A DNA stretch of 61,558 nt from Psammoneis japonica. Taxonomy: Eukaryota. The stretch is taken from NCBI GenBank assembly GCA_008632985.1, contig QPGO01000031.1, positions 558,001 to 619,558 on the forward strand, read 5' to 3'. The position numbers and the translations under genes are program-made. A model generated the notes under the pieces. It was not told where the DNA came from. It did no database searches and saw only the letters and a program-made list of their open reading frames with translations. Shown piece after piece: positions 45,870 through 56,874 of the stretch (position 1 is the first letter of the stretch; every line of letters begins with the position of its first letter).

Positions 45870-47315
45870 TCACAGTTGCCTGAGAATGGTCTCTTCCTCT
45901 AGAGAAAGGGGGATTGAATTGTTGTTCTTGCCCACTGCAGCACTCTTCAGGTAGAGAGACACGCAGAAGAACTCGTCGTTTGAGTTTGTCCTGCTGGAGA
46001 TGCAGTGGCACTTGGTGGGGTTAAAAATGATGACATCACCAAGCCGGAGTGCAACGGAGATGCCTTCGGCAGGGAAGCAGAAGTGCGCCACAATCCCGTC
46101 ATTCATGGCGCAGCTGCCGGACGGAGGGACTCCCACCACGGTGACTGCTGACAGGAAGAAGTCCTGGTCCCGATGGGCGTTGAGGAAGACATTGCGCCCA
46201 GCCGCCAGAGAGGAGAAAATGCCATCTGACCGCACCAGGGATTTCCAGTTGTGAAACTTTTTGACACGAGCGATGCCCTTGAGGATGGCACAGTCCACGC
46301 ACTCATTGACAAGGTGCTCCATGTGTGAAAGAAGTCTGGTGAGGTGGTGAGTGTGTTGGTCGGCTGTGCCAGGCTGCTTGCAAGAAATTCGAGCGTCCCT
46401 CGTGGCAGCCAGGCCAATCGTGGAATGCTTGCTCCTGTCCGTCTCCATGAAGGTAACGCGTTGTTTGCCGCGCATGGTGGGCTGGGCGGTGCAGCATTCT
46501 AGTGCTTCGAGCGCTCGGTGCTGAGCAACCAGTTCTGCTGGGTTGGGGGAGCTGAACACCACAGCAGAACGCGGCAGCAGGGTGCAGGTGTTGTCGCAGC
46601 GGCAACCGTCCAAGCCAAAGAAAGGCTTCAGATCGAGCACAGGGTCACAGACGAGCAGAGGAGCCAATTCGGCAAAGTCAATGTCAGCAAGACAAGGCGG
46701 TGCAGGCTGAGTGCAGTCGCCATTATAAACTAGAGTGCGGTTGGCTACGCAGTGTACGGAGAGACTCTTAGTGGTGCACGGTGCGAGTGGAACGAGGCAA
46801 GTAATCTTGGATGTTTTCCTGCTGGCGCGGCTGCGGATTCGCCTGCGGCTGCGGTGGGCCTTGCGAAGTGGCAGTTGAGCCCTCAACATGTTCTCGCATG
46901 TCCTGGTGCGCATTGACGATGCGGTGTTCACAGAGAACGTGTGTGCGAACTTGCCGGCAAATGTTCCGCTGCTTGACACTGTCACTGTCGTCTCAACAGT
47001 GCCCAAAGCAGAACTCTGTCGACAGGGACCGGCGGACTCCAGGGGAGTGGGGTCAAAACCCAATCGAGAGATGTGTCTGCTTTCCGTTGCCTCAAGAGCA
47101 CCCAAAGCAAAACTCTGTTGACAGGGACTGGCGGACTCCAGGGGAGTGGGGTCGAAACCCAATCGCGAGAAGCATTTGCTTGTTGTCGGGCTGCGAGCTG
47201 CACGTCCCAAACCCCCACACTGTCGAGACCGGCTGTAACTCGATCGCGACAAGTGCTTGTCGTTGGCAGGACGACGCAGCGAGGCACGAGGTAGTTGCGA
47301 CATGGTGTGTCTCAA
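45870..47315 (-). CDS. Cargo gene: TET/JBP-like 2OG-Fe(II) dioxygenase (mutated copy; start uncertain)
   Basis: IFSSLA..RN..LNAHRD (HxD), FCFP..GISVALRLGDVIIFNP..CHC (distal His) and CVSLYLK. Confidence 0.72.
   Translation of the reverse strand: MRHTMSQLPRASLRRPANDKHLSRSSYSRSRQCGGLGRAARSPTTSKCFSRLGFDPTPLESASPCQQSFALGALEATESRHISRLGFDPTPLESAGPCRQSSALGTVETTVTVSSSGTFAGKFAHTFSVNTASSMRTRTCENMLRAQLPLRKAHRSRRRIRSRASRKTSKITCLVPLAPCTTKSLSVHCVANRTLVYNGDCTQPAPPCLADIDFAELAPLLVCDPVLDLKPFFGLDGCRCDNTCTLLPRSAVVFSSPNPAELVAQHRALEALECCTAQPTMRGKQRVTFMETDRSKHSTIGLAATRDARISCKQPGTADQHTHHLTRLLSHMEHLVNECVDCAILKGIARVKKFHNWKSLVRSDGIFSSLAAGRNVFLNAHRDQDFFLSAVTVVGVPPSGSCAMNDGIVAHFCFPAEGISVALRLGDVIIFNPTKCHCISSRTNSNDEFFCVSLYLKSAAVGKNNNSIPLSLEEETILRQL
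47002..47170. repeat. Two ~70-bp direct repeats at 99-bp spacing
   Basis: cccaaagcaRaactctgtYgacagggacYggcggactccaggggagtggggtcRaaacccaatcg at 47002 and 47101. Confidence 0.85.
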
Positions 47316-47690
47316 TTTGAAATGTGTTTCAAAATGTGATGACGGAAGTGTTGTCGCGTTGTTTTTGTCTCCGCGGAGGGAGGATCATCCCACGGCAATC
47401 TCAGTGCGAGTTCTCGCGTGGAAGTGCGTTACGTGCCGTGCCAGCTCGTGCGTTTGAATTACACGGATGTGCAAGTGCGGCAACGATGAGAAGCAGTCCG
47501 AGATTCAAAACAAATTTTACCGCCCAAAGGCGTCTTATCATTTCAACGCGTCTGCACATCTGTTTAAAATGACTTCACACGTCGCTCCATGCGCAGGTAG
47601 AGGCAGCACGCCGCGTTTGAAAATTTCGCGCGCGTGGAGGGCGCGACGGTAATTTTACGCATTCTGCGCACGTCACAGTTTGGTTTGGAA

Positions 47691-48620
47691 ATGCGACGTC
47701 TGGTCGAACCCGCTGCAAGCAAGGTTGATGTTGCCACAAGGTTGGACACGATGAACCATCGTCACAGAAGTGTTGGGGAGTTTTGTCTTCAAACGGCTCC
47801 GGACTCCGCGTTCCAGAGCAGGCGTGTCTCCGGAGACGGAAGCGGATCTTCGCACGGCGGCGAAGTTGGCTTCGCTTTGAGCAGCGAAGTGTTTTTGAAC
47901 GAACGCCTTCTTGGCGTGAATCACACCTGCGACACATCTGTCGACATGGGCGGGGGAGTTGCCAGACCCAGCATCGGGCTCAAGTCACTTCGTCGCCATT
48001 GCACCGTGGTGAGCATCGAGGCCAACCACGATCGTCACCAAGAGGCTGTACGTTGGGCTCATCGTGCTGGCCTTCGCTCGAACGGCGGGTTGGAGTTGAT
48101 CAACAAGTCATTCTTGGATGACAGGCTGGCTCCTTTGTGGAAAAAGAAAGGACTCAAGGTGTTCTTCAACAACTGCAACTCCCGCATGGTCGACGACAAG
48201 AACACACAGCAGAAGGCAGAGGCGATGCTTTCGAAGTTGTGTCGTGCTGGGACCGTGGTGGTGGCGCTAGATCCGCTGTTCGCGTCGTACGCGGGAGAGT
48301 GGATGTGCGAGTCCTTCACGGCGGATTGCCATGATGGCGACTTTTTGTGGCACAGCGGAGACGTGAAACATCTCGTCTTCCACAAGCACACCAAGAAAGA
48401 GGAGACTTCTCAGTCAACCAGCCAGCACATGCGACGTCCCACTCCGACACACTTGGAACGGAAGTGTTTGCCCGTCGCGAAATGGCCAATTTTACTCAAG
48501 AACTCAACTGAACTGTTTTTTTACTGTCACTGTGCTGGACGTCACATGCTGGTTGCTCCACTCAATTCGCCATTGCTTCGCGGTAACGCAAAGTTGTCAT
48601 CGGAGATGGTGCACACTTGA
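47691..48620 (+). CDS. Cargo gene: class I SAM-dependent methyltransferase, DOT1 (H3K79)-like
   Basis: SHGGE (YGE-like), DTSVDMGGG (motif I), SIE, NKSFLD, VFFNNC (cf. IFxNNF/Y) and L..AGTVVVALDP, in DOT1 order and spacing. Confidence 0.62.
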   Translation: MRRLVEPAASKVDVATRLDTMNHRHRSVGEFCLQTAPDSAFQSRRVSGDGSGSSHGGEVGFALSSEVFLNERLLGVNHTCDTSVDMGGGVARPSIGLKSLRRHCTVVSIEANHDRHQEAVRWAHRAGLRSNGGLELINKSFLDDRLAPLWKKKGLKVFFNNCNSRMVDDKNTQQKAEAMLSKLCRAGTVVVALDPLFASYAGEWMCESFTADCHDGDFLWHSGDVKHLVFHKHTKKEETSQSTSQHMRRPTPTHLERKCLPVAKWPILLKNSTELFFYCHCAGRHMLVAPLNSPLLRGNAKLSSEMVHT

Positions 48621-48708
48621 AGAGACAGAGGAAAGCTGAGTTGCAATCGACACTCAGTTTACTGAACATTTACAAATTTACACTGCACCGGCAAAAAAAA
48701 AAAACAAC

Positions 48709-49581
48709 TCAGTCTTCGTCGCTGTCCTGAAGCACCAAGTCGTCATCGACGTTCAGGTCAACTTCGTAGTTGAGCTCGACATCATCGTCGGCCTCTTCTC
48801 CAGCTTCTTCTGCCGGAGCTCCAATGAGACGACAGAGTTCCACAGGCAACGACCCCTCGTAGAAGCAACTGTGAAGCAAGTTCTTGTTTTGGGCGCACCA
48901 ACCGATGTGAAACTGACCACCTTCCTTCTGAAGCTCGGCAAGCGCCGCCTCGTTGCCGATCACTTCGGACCAAACAGCATCCTTCATCCAGAAGAAGTCG
49001 TCTTCAACGAAGACCTCGGTGTTGTTCTCAGGGTCATCATTCAGCTGCTTCGCAATGCACTTCCCGAGGCCGCGCACTTTAGCATCGGTTGGGACTTCTT
49101 CGAGGAAGATGAAGAAGAGACGCACGGCGCAGTTCTTGGCGTTCGTCTGCAACTCGCCCTTGTGAACCCACCTGCCAGTGCAAGGGTGGAATCCGACTTG
49201 AACCGCCCACAGAGTCCTGCTGCGAAGGTTGTCAAACAGAACCTTCTCCGACCAAACATTGGTCAAAAGGGGATTCTTGGCTTGGAGACGAAAAACGACG
49301 CCTTTCTTGCGGCCGACAGTGACGGTGGCGCAGCGCAGGAGGGCGTCCTCATCGGAATGGCTGCCATCGTCAGAACCGGCGGATTTGGAAAGCTTGAACC
49401 CGTGCTTGGCAAGGCAGTCTTCCGGTTTAAGGTCGTCGTCGGTCAAGCCGTTGGTCTTGCGGGGCGGACTTAGTTTCTTCAACAGAGCATCAGAAAACTT
49501 CGTCTTTGCCTTCTTCTGTTTGGTTTCGGCGACTTTGGCTTTCGCAGCCGGGGAGGTCGTTGTGTTTCTTTTGCGTGCCAT
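48709..49581 (-). CDS. Cargo gene: hypothetical protein with a basic N-terminus and highly acidic tail
   Basis: ATG at 49581 (MARKRNTTTSPAAKAK...) within ORF 48709..49896. Ends EEAGEEADDDVE...QDSDED. Confidence 0.6.
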   Translation of the reverse strand: MARKRNTTTSPAAKAKVAETKQKKAKTKFSDALLKKLSPPRKTNGLTDDDLKPEDCLAKHGFKLSKSAGSDDGSHSDEDALLRCATVTVGRKKGVVFRLQAKNPLLTNVWSEKVLFDNLRSRTLWAVQVGFHPCTGRWVHKGELQTNAKNCAVRLFFIFLEEVPTDAKVRGLGKCIAKQLNDDPENNTEVFVEDDFFWMKDAVWSEVIGNEAALAELQKEGGQFHIGWCAQNKNLLHSCFYEGSLPVELCRLIGAPAEEAGEEADDDVELNYEVDLNVDDDLVLQDSDED

Positions 49582-50376
49582 CGAATCAGTCGGAGAGAAA
49601 TTGTGGGAACAAAAAGTGCGATCGTTCAGAAGTGCCAAGAAAGACCCAGCAGAGCTGCGTGCATCACACCAAGGAGAACTGGCAACGTCAGCAACCAGAT
49701 TCAAACACGTCGAACTGCAACAAGGCAACCTTCCAGGTGTCAGCACTTGCAAGTGGTGTGTGGATTCAATTTGAACAAAACAGATGCAAGGATCGGAGCA
49801 CGCAAAGTCGTGCCAAGTTTGCTGAAAATGCGTAAAATCACGTGCAATTCCGTCCGTGCTTCGTGTGCATTTCAGCCGTTGCTGCCGCGCGGCCATCGCG
49901 CACGAAATCTAGTCGCCAAACGGTCGACGCCATCGCTGTCACTACATGCTGTGCCGGTAGTTAGCCAAGGTGGGCCCATCACCCATTTGGAGGATTCGCG
50001 CGCACTTTGGAAACACGAATGACGTCAATCGCATTGTTGTTGCCACACGACTGACTCAACTGCCCGCCACTCGTTAAAACGTGATTCTGCGGAATTTACG
50101 TAAAGCTGCGCCCACCACCAAGATTGCCGAAACAACTTGAACAAATCCAATTACCATGGAATTCAAGCAGATGTCGAAACAACTTGAACAAGATCCAAAT
50201 CTCATCCCATGGGATGCTCAACGTCGACGAAACTAAGTGGGACATCGCACGTCTGGTGCGAAGAAGGACGTGGGAGGAACGCACACGTCACTCTTCCGTC
50301 GAGGTGAAAGAGGCACACTTTCGTCTCACTTTTTTGTGACAGAACCTTTGCGCAAAGGGAAACGAAAAGCATCCAG

Positions 50377-51070
50377 CTGCGGTGAATGGGCCACACCGAT
50401 CGCAGTTCTCAGTTCTCACAGTGACCTGGCAAGGCAGGTTGTGAGACAACGCACAAGCTCAGCTGCGGTGACTGGACGACACCAGTCGCAGCTCTCACAG
50501 AGACCTGATCGCACAGGTTGTGAGAACACGACACAACGCTGCGGTGATCGGACAGCACCGATGCAGTTCATCAAGCAACCAACTCACTTGGCTGTGGTGA
50601 CTGGACGACACCAGTCGCAGCTCTCACAGCAACCTGATTGCACAGGTTGTGAGCAAACAACACAGCGCTGCACCTCGTAATGTAGGTTGTGAGATGACGC
50701 ACAAGCTCAGCTGCGGTGACTGGACGACACCAGTCACAGCTCTCACAGAGACCTGATCGCACAGGTTGTGAGAACACGACACAACACTGCGGTGATTGGG
50801 CAGAACCGACGCAGTTCATCAAGCAACTGACCAATTCGGCTGCGGTGACTGGACAGCACCAGTCGCAGTGCTCACAGCGACCTGATTGCACAGGTTGTGA
50901 GAAGACGACACAGCGCTGCGGTGAACGGGTGGCACCGACGCGGTTCGTTGATCAACTGGACAGAACCACTGCGGTGACTGGACGACACCAGTCGCAGTGC
51001 TGCAGGTGGCGAGAAAACACACATCGCTGTGGTGATTGGACAGCACCGATCGCAGCTTCACAGTGATCGC
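50377..51070. repeat. Hairpin-rich tandem array (~129-bp unit, about 5 copies)
   Basis: gYggtgactggac(gac/agc)accagtcRcag recurs at 50465, 50594, 50713, 50842 and 50971 (spacings 129/119/129/129). Confidence 0.9.
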
Positions 51071-51142
51071 ACTGAAAAAACAACTGTTTTTGCTGAGTGA
51101 CTTCTTGAAATTTGTTGAGCCAAAGTGTCAGCTTAAATTAAA

Positions 51143-54100
51143 ATGGACGAGGCCAACTCCCGTGTTTGCAGCGCAATCAATGGAAAGTTTGAGATGCTTT
51201 GTCTACGTGGAGACGGAGAATTTAGACCACACGCATGTTCAGTCTGTGACGTTCTGCTGAAACCTAGAGAAGTTTGCCACTTGCCGCTCGAAACATTGGA
51301 ATCAGCAAGAAACTTGCTCACCCCTTCAGACTGGAACAGCGCATCTGATTGTCTCAAGTCCTGCCACACTGTAGAGCATGAAGATGCTGATTGGATCAAA
51401 GACCTGCTGCTTTCTCCCCACGCCCAATGCGCAGCACAGGAAGACAGACGACGCGTCGATGGATTCACTTGCTGCAGCAAATGCCGAAGAAGCCTGGGAA
51501 GAGCCGTTGTGCCAATGCACGCGATGGCGAACAACTGCTGTTTCGGTGCCCCGCCGCACGAACTGTTGTCTCCAACCGAAGTGGAGTTGGCAATGCTCAC
51601 ACCAGTGAAAACACACGGGTGCTGCTTCAGTTGCCTTGGCGGCAAACAGAAGAAGCTTCAGGGAAGTCTGACATGCTACAAAGTCAAGATGCAAAGCATC
51701 GTAAGAACTGTTGTGCACTTCAACGCACTGAATTTACATCAGAATGTGGTTGCACTGATGACTGGAAAGATGACTCCGGAGCAAAGACAACTTGCGCGTT
51801 CAAAGAACAGAGTTAGGATGCACTGCATGCTGAGGGCGATGGAATGGCTGTTGCACCACAACCAAGAGTGGGTGCACCAACAGACAAATCTAGATGAAGT
51901 TGGGCGTAATCTGCGGAATCCCACACTTGTCGACAGCACCGACGAAGAAGAAGGAGAAAAGCGAACAATGAGACCTCAGAGTCATTTCATGTTTGCTTTC
52001 CTGATGGAACCATGTCTCCTGCGACCGGTGGTCAGCGCAACCTGGACTGCTTCAAAGATCTTGTGCACGAAGCTGCTGCCAACGGATTTGATTTAGAGGT
52101 GCAAGCACAGTTGTCTAAAGAATCTGCGAGTGATTTCAAAGGCAACAACTTCACCAACGCGTGTCTGCTGCAGTTTCCTTTTGGCAGAGGAGGAATCAAT
52201 GAGATGAGAATGAAGAAAGACGGAAGTCTCACAGACAGCACCAACCTTGCACACTGTGCCGACCACTTGGCACGGATTTCCCAGCCTCACTTCCATGAGC
52301 AGCTCTTCGTGTTAACATGCTGCAACTTGACAATGAAGCAAAGGATGCTGCAGAGCGCAGGGTGGAAAGTCAGGGACAAGAATCAGGCTGCACAGTTTGC
52401 AAACGAACTGACAGTGGACGATGTGGACAGAGCTGTTTGTGATCGCAACTTGGGCGAGAGAAGAGATTGTGGACTTGGGCACCACTTTTTGCGCGCACTC
52501 GACGTTGCATCTGCATCTCTGCCACACAGCAACGAAGCAGCAAAGAAAATGAGGAGAAACGCCAAAACTTGTCAGCATCATTTTGGTCAGGGTGGCATTT
52601 TCTTAACCGTCAGTCCGGACGATGCAAATTTGTTTCTTGTGCAACTGTGCTCGGGTGTCATCCTGGACCCAAACGAAGACGTGACACAACTGACGGACGA
52701 AATTCTTGCTGGCAGGGCCAAGCAACGTAATGAACTGCATCTAAAGTTTCCCGGTCTAACAGCCTTTGTATTTGAGTGCTTGTTTGACATTGCAACAGAA
52801 GAGGCAGTGGGTTGGGATCTGAGTGCCAACCAACCAAGAGAAAACTTTAACTTCTACATTGGCAGGCCAGCCGCATTTTTAGCCGCAGTTGAGGAGCAGG
52901 GACGTCTGACAGCACACGGACACATGCAGATCTGGTTCGCATCGATCAACAATGCAAGAGAGAAACTGCATTCGCCAATGAGACAGATCCGATGCGAAGG
53001 TGCTGAGCACCTTGCCAACACAGTTCAGAAGATCTGCAGCACGGAATTAATCTGCAGCGAGGACTTCAGCACCAGCGCGTTGCGTGAAGCATTCGATCAT
53101 GACTGTGCAGCACCAAAAATGTGTCGCACCTCTCCAAAAGCAGCAGACGACCAACAGCTAAGAAACCTGAGGCATGAAGACGGCCAGCAGTCGAAGAACG
53201 GAATGTTTGCTTGTTGTCATCACTGCACCAAGCACTGGACAAACGTCGAGTTTGTAGAAAGCTTTTTGCAGTCACGGCACCGTGTGCCTGGCCTGACTCG
53301 CCATCCAGACAACCACGCAAAGCAACCAAAAGCAATGTGTGCACAACACCAGCGAAGTGGTCCGCAAGGGACAACAGAGGCACATGTGCCGGACGCAGCT
53401 TACAACCATCACATGCACGTTACGAAGTCGTGTTTTCCCAAATGCGCAGAGTTACGTAAAATGCGTAAAAAAACCCCACACGAGGAACTGGACGCGCTGT
53501 CAAGGAAAAGGAAACAAGAGGAGCTCAAACCAGGTGACTGCCGTCACAGGCAACCAGCTGCTTCGTGTCCAAACAATTTAGCAAGGAACACAGATGACAC
53601 TCAGATAAAGTGGTTCAGCTGGGATGGGACTTTTGCGCATCGGCACGTGAAGGAAGTTGTTCCGAAGAGGAGAAAGTGCGATGCTTTTCAAAACGTGTCG
53701 TGCCCTGCAACAAGCAGATCAAAACTGACATGCAACACAAACATTGCTTTGTTGATGCCTGGACCGTCTGCTCAATGCACGATTGGGCACATCCTAAAAG
53801 ACACCCAGAAAGATGACACTGCATCGTACAACGAAGTGCTTCGAACTACGAACAGGACAGCGACGGAATTACGGAAACACGCATCTGATGCATCGGAAGC
53901 AATCAGACGTCTCACATGGGGTGCTTGCTCGCATGACAAGACGAACGTCATTGGACCACCACTTGCGTCTTACACAACAAGGAACGGAAGCCGTTTCATC
54001 GAATCTCATTTGACTGCATGGTGCCCCTTGAAAGACATTGTCAGCACACTAGAAAGAGACGAAGTGTCTGCGACTGTAGCCCATTTTGGCGATGCACCAT

Positions 54101-56874
54101 TCTTCCAATGCCAGGCCTTGCACTGCCTGTGTCGTCCAACAGCACTGGAGAATCTCAGTCCGTTTGCGTTTTTTAGTGAATGCGAAGTTCTTCGCAACAC
54201 AAGGAAAAATGAACACGGCATGATGATGTTCAACAACAGAGCGCACAGGCACCCGTCTTGCAATTCAACAAAGAATGAGTTTCTTCAAGGTGTCAGACAG
54301 CGACAGCAACCGCGATTGTCAAAAGTGCTTCAGTGTGATTTTCCTGATGCAGCCAAGTTTGGCAGTTGCCTCACAAATCCACAGCAACCAACAACACCAG
54401 ACAAAGAATTGTGCTGCAAGTTGGCATTGGCCTTGTTTGCGCCTTACAGAACAATGACGGAACTCAAACCAATGACCCGTGCATGCCTGTGTGAATTCCA
54501 ACTCTCCGCAGCAGCCGGTGTCATTGCAGAGGAAAACTTGAACTTCTTGCAGAACCCACAGGATGCCAAGTCCAACTGCCTTCGTCTCAAAAGCACATCT
54601 GACGATCTGCAAAGAAAGACAGAGCAATTTAGACCTGCTGACGTTGCGTTTGACTGTTGCAAAAGTGACGAGGAAGAAGGTCTTTCAGGCGCCGTTCAGG
54701 GTCAACTGCTGGATGCACTCTTGGAAGAAATGGCAGAGCAGCCAGAAGACGATGACATTGGGTTGAGCGACCAAGCAGTCATTCCTGCGCATTTGAGCGG
54801 TAAACGTGCAAGACAGAAAGGTCCACACATGGGTGGTTGCAAATGCTTGGCAGACATGCACACTGACCCACCAAACGAGGAAAGCCAGGTCAATGAACGA
54901 CAACTTTTTGAGAATCTAGAGGGCAGCGATGACACCGACGAGGAAGACCAGAATGAAGGAGTGCAACAACACATCCACAGCAGACCACTGTCAAGAGACG
55001 ACATTGTTCGAGTGACACTGACTAGAACGCAAAGAACAAGAAGGTCGTTTGAGGATGTGACAGGTTTGGAAGAACACATCAATGCACGTCAAGCAAACGG
55101 ATCTGCAGCGAGCATCGTAGACTGGGCTAGGAAAGCAAGACTGGATGGGCAACAGCAGCGTGCCTTTGAAATTCTAGCAGGAACCTTTGTGCTCACTTGC
55201 TGTCAAGACGCTCTTCAAGACGAGACGTCACGCAATGGACTTAATGGGAGAAATGGCAGACACGAATTCGCAACAAACCTTCGCCGATTGAAGAAACTCG
55301 TGGAAGTGCAAAGACGCAGAACGTTGCAACTTGTGTGTTTTTTACATGGTGCAGGTGGAAGTGGCAAATCAACCACAATGGACCTCGTCGTGGGGTGCGG
55401 AAGAGAGTGTTGCTCACTTGTTGAGCAGCCATTCACAACAAGCACAATCAGAACAACTGCACTGACCGGAGTGGCTGCCACTGTTCTCAAAGGGGACACA
55501 ATCCACCGAGTTGCATGCCTCATGAGAAGAAAGCAAATGACCGAAGAGCAAATTGAAGCATGGTCAGACACGAGACTTTTGGTGGTAGACGAGATTTCTT
55601 TTGCAAGCAAGAGAGAACTGGAAAAACTCCATGAGAATTTAACAGTGTTGAAGAGCGAATTGAGCAAGCCGTGCGGTGGCATGAACATTGTTTTCGCAGG
55701 TGACCTCAGGCAACTAGAACCAGTCGGAAAAGGAGTGAAACCACTGTACAAAGATGTGTGTCCCGAGTTTCACGAGTGGATCAACTGCCACATAGAACTT
55801 CGTGGTGTGCACAGGTTTAAAGACGATCCATCATGGGGAAAACTGCTCAAGAGATTCCGCACTGGTGAGATCACAGTTGACGATGTGGAGCACATCAACG
55901 AACGAGTAGTTCAGAACAAAGATGATCTGCCCAGTGACCTCTGCTGTGCTGCGCACGCAAATAAGGACAGAGATGCAATTGACACTGGCCCATTCGAAAA
56001 AAGAGTAAAAACACTGCACAGAAGAGATGGAGACGTCCTTGACTCAATGTTGATTTTCAGTGACGACTTGCAGGTGCAGAATGGCACGAGACTCTACCAA
56101 CCATTTCCGGTTTGCAACAGCTTCTGGAACAACTGTGGTGAAGGAGACGTTGTCATGCAATCAGGAAGAATGGATCCAGTCTTACGAATTTACAGAGGAT
56201 GCAGAGTCATGACACCTTTCAACGAAAATGCAGCAAACGGTCAAGCAAACGGAACGCAAGCCACTGTTGACAAGGTCGTTCTCAAACCAGGACAGGAACC
56301 AAGACCAGTGACTTTAGACAACAACATCAGCATTCCTGCTGCACTTGCCAGTCAGGTGGACCATGTTGCATTGGAACACTGCAACAAAAGCATCGACCCC
56401 GCGAAGTTTTTAGTTGAGCCAAAAACAAATGCTTTCAGGGCTTGCATCGCCAAGCCCAGCCTAATTTTAGAAGAAGGCGACAAACAAAGACACACTTTCC
56501 AACTGAAGGCAACCCAGCTGCTGTTTGTCATCAACAATGCCACTGCAGGGCACAAACTGCAAGGGAGTGGAGTCCCGCAGTTGTTTGCACACTCTTGGAG
56601 CCACACTCAGAATTGGGTGCATGTTGTGCTCTCCAGAGTAAAGACCAGAGAAGGGCTGTTCATGCAAAAGCCACTGAGCAAGGACCTGCGAAAATGCAAG
56701 GTCCCAGAAGGCTACAAAGCCTTGACAAGACTCATGAAGGAGAGAAGCACCACGCATTTTTCTCAGCAACAGTGCGCAGAAACACCAATGCAGTGCGCAA
56801 ACATCAGATTAGGATGCTCAACCACTGTGCAACCATTTGGCGACCCCAACCGTAAAAATGCGGAAATTTCGTAA
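51143..56874 (+). pseudogene. RepHel: DUF6570-like region + HUH Rep + Pif1-family SF1B helicase (frameshift at about 51960; catalytic Tyr mutated)
   Basis: Rep motifs FPFGRGG, IFLTVSPDD, VEEQGRLTAHGH and QCTIGHILK (YxxxY..K). Helicase motifs GAGGSGKS, TGVAA...GDTIH, VVDEIS, AGDLRQLEPV, GHKLQG and VHVVLSR. Confidence 0.92.

Noticed and set aside
50377..51070. CRISPR array
   Set aside because: The intervening sequences are themselves repeated rather than unique spacers, there are no cas genes, and the context is eukaryotic.
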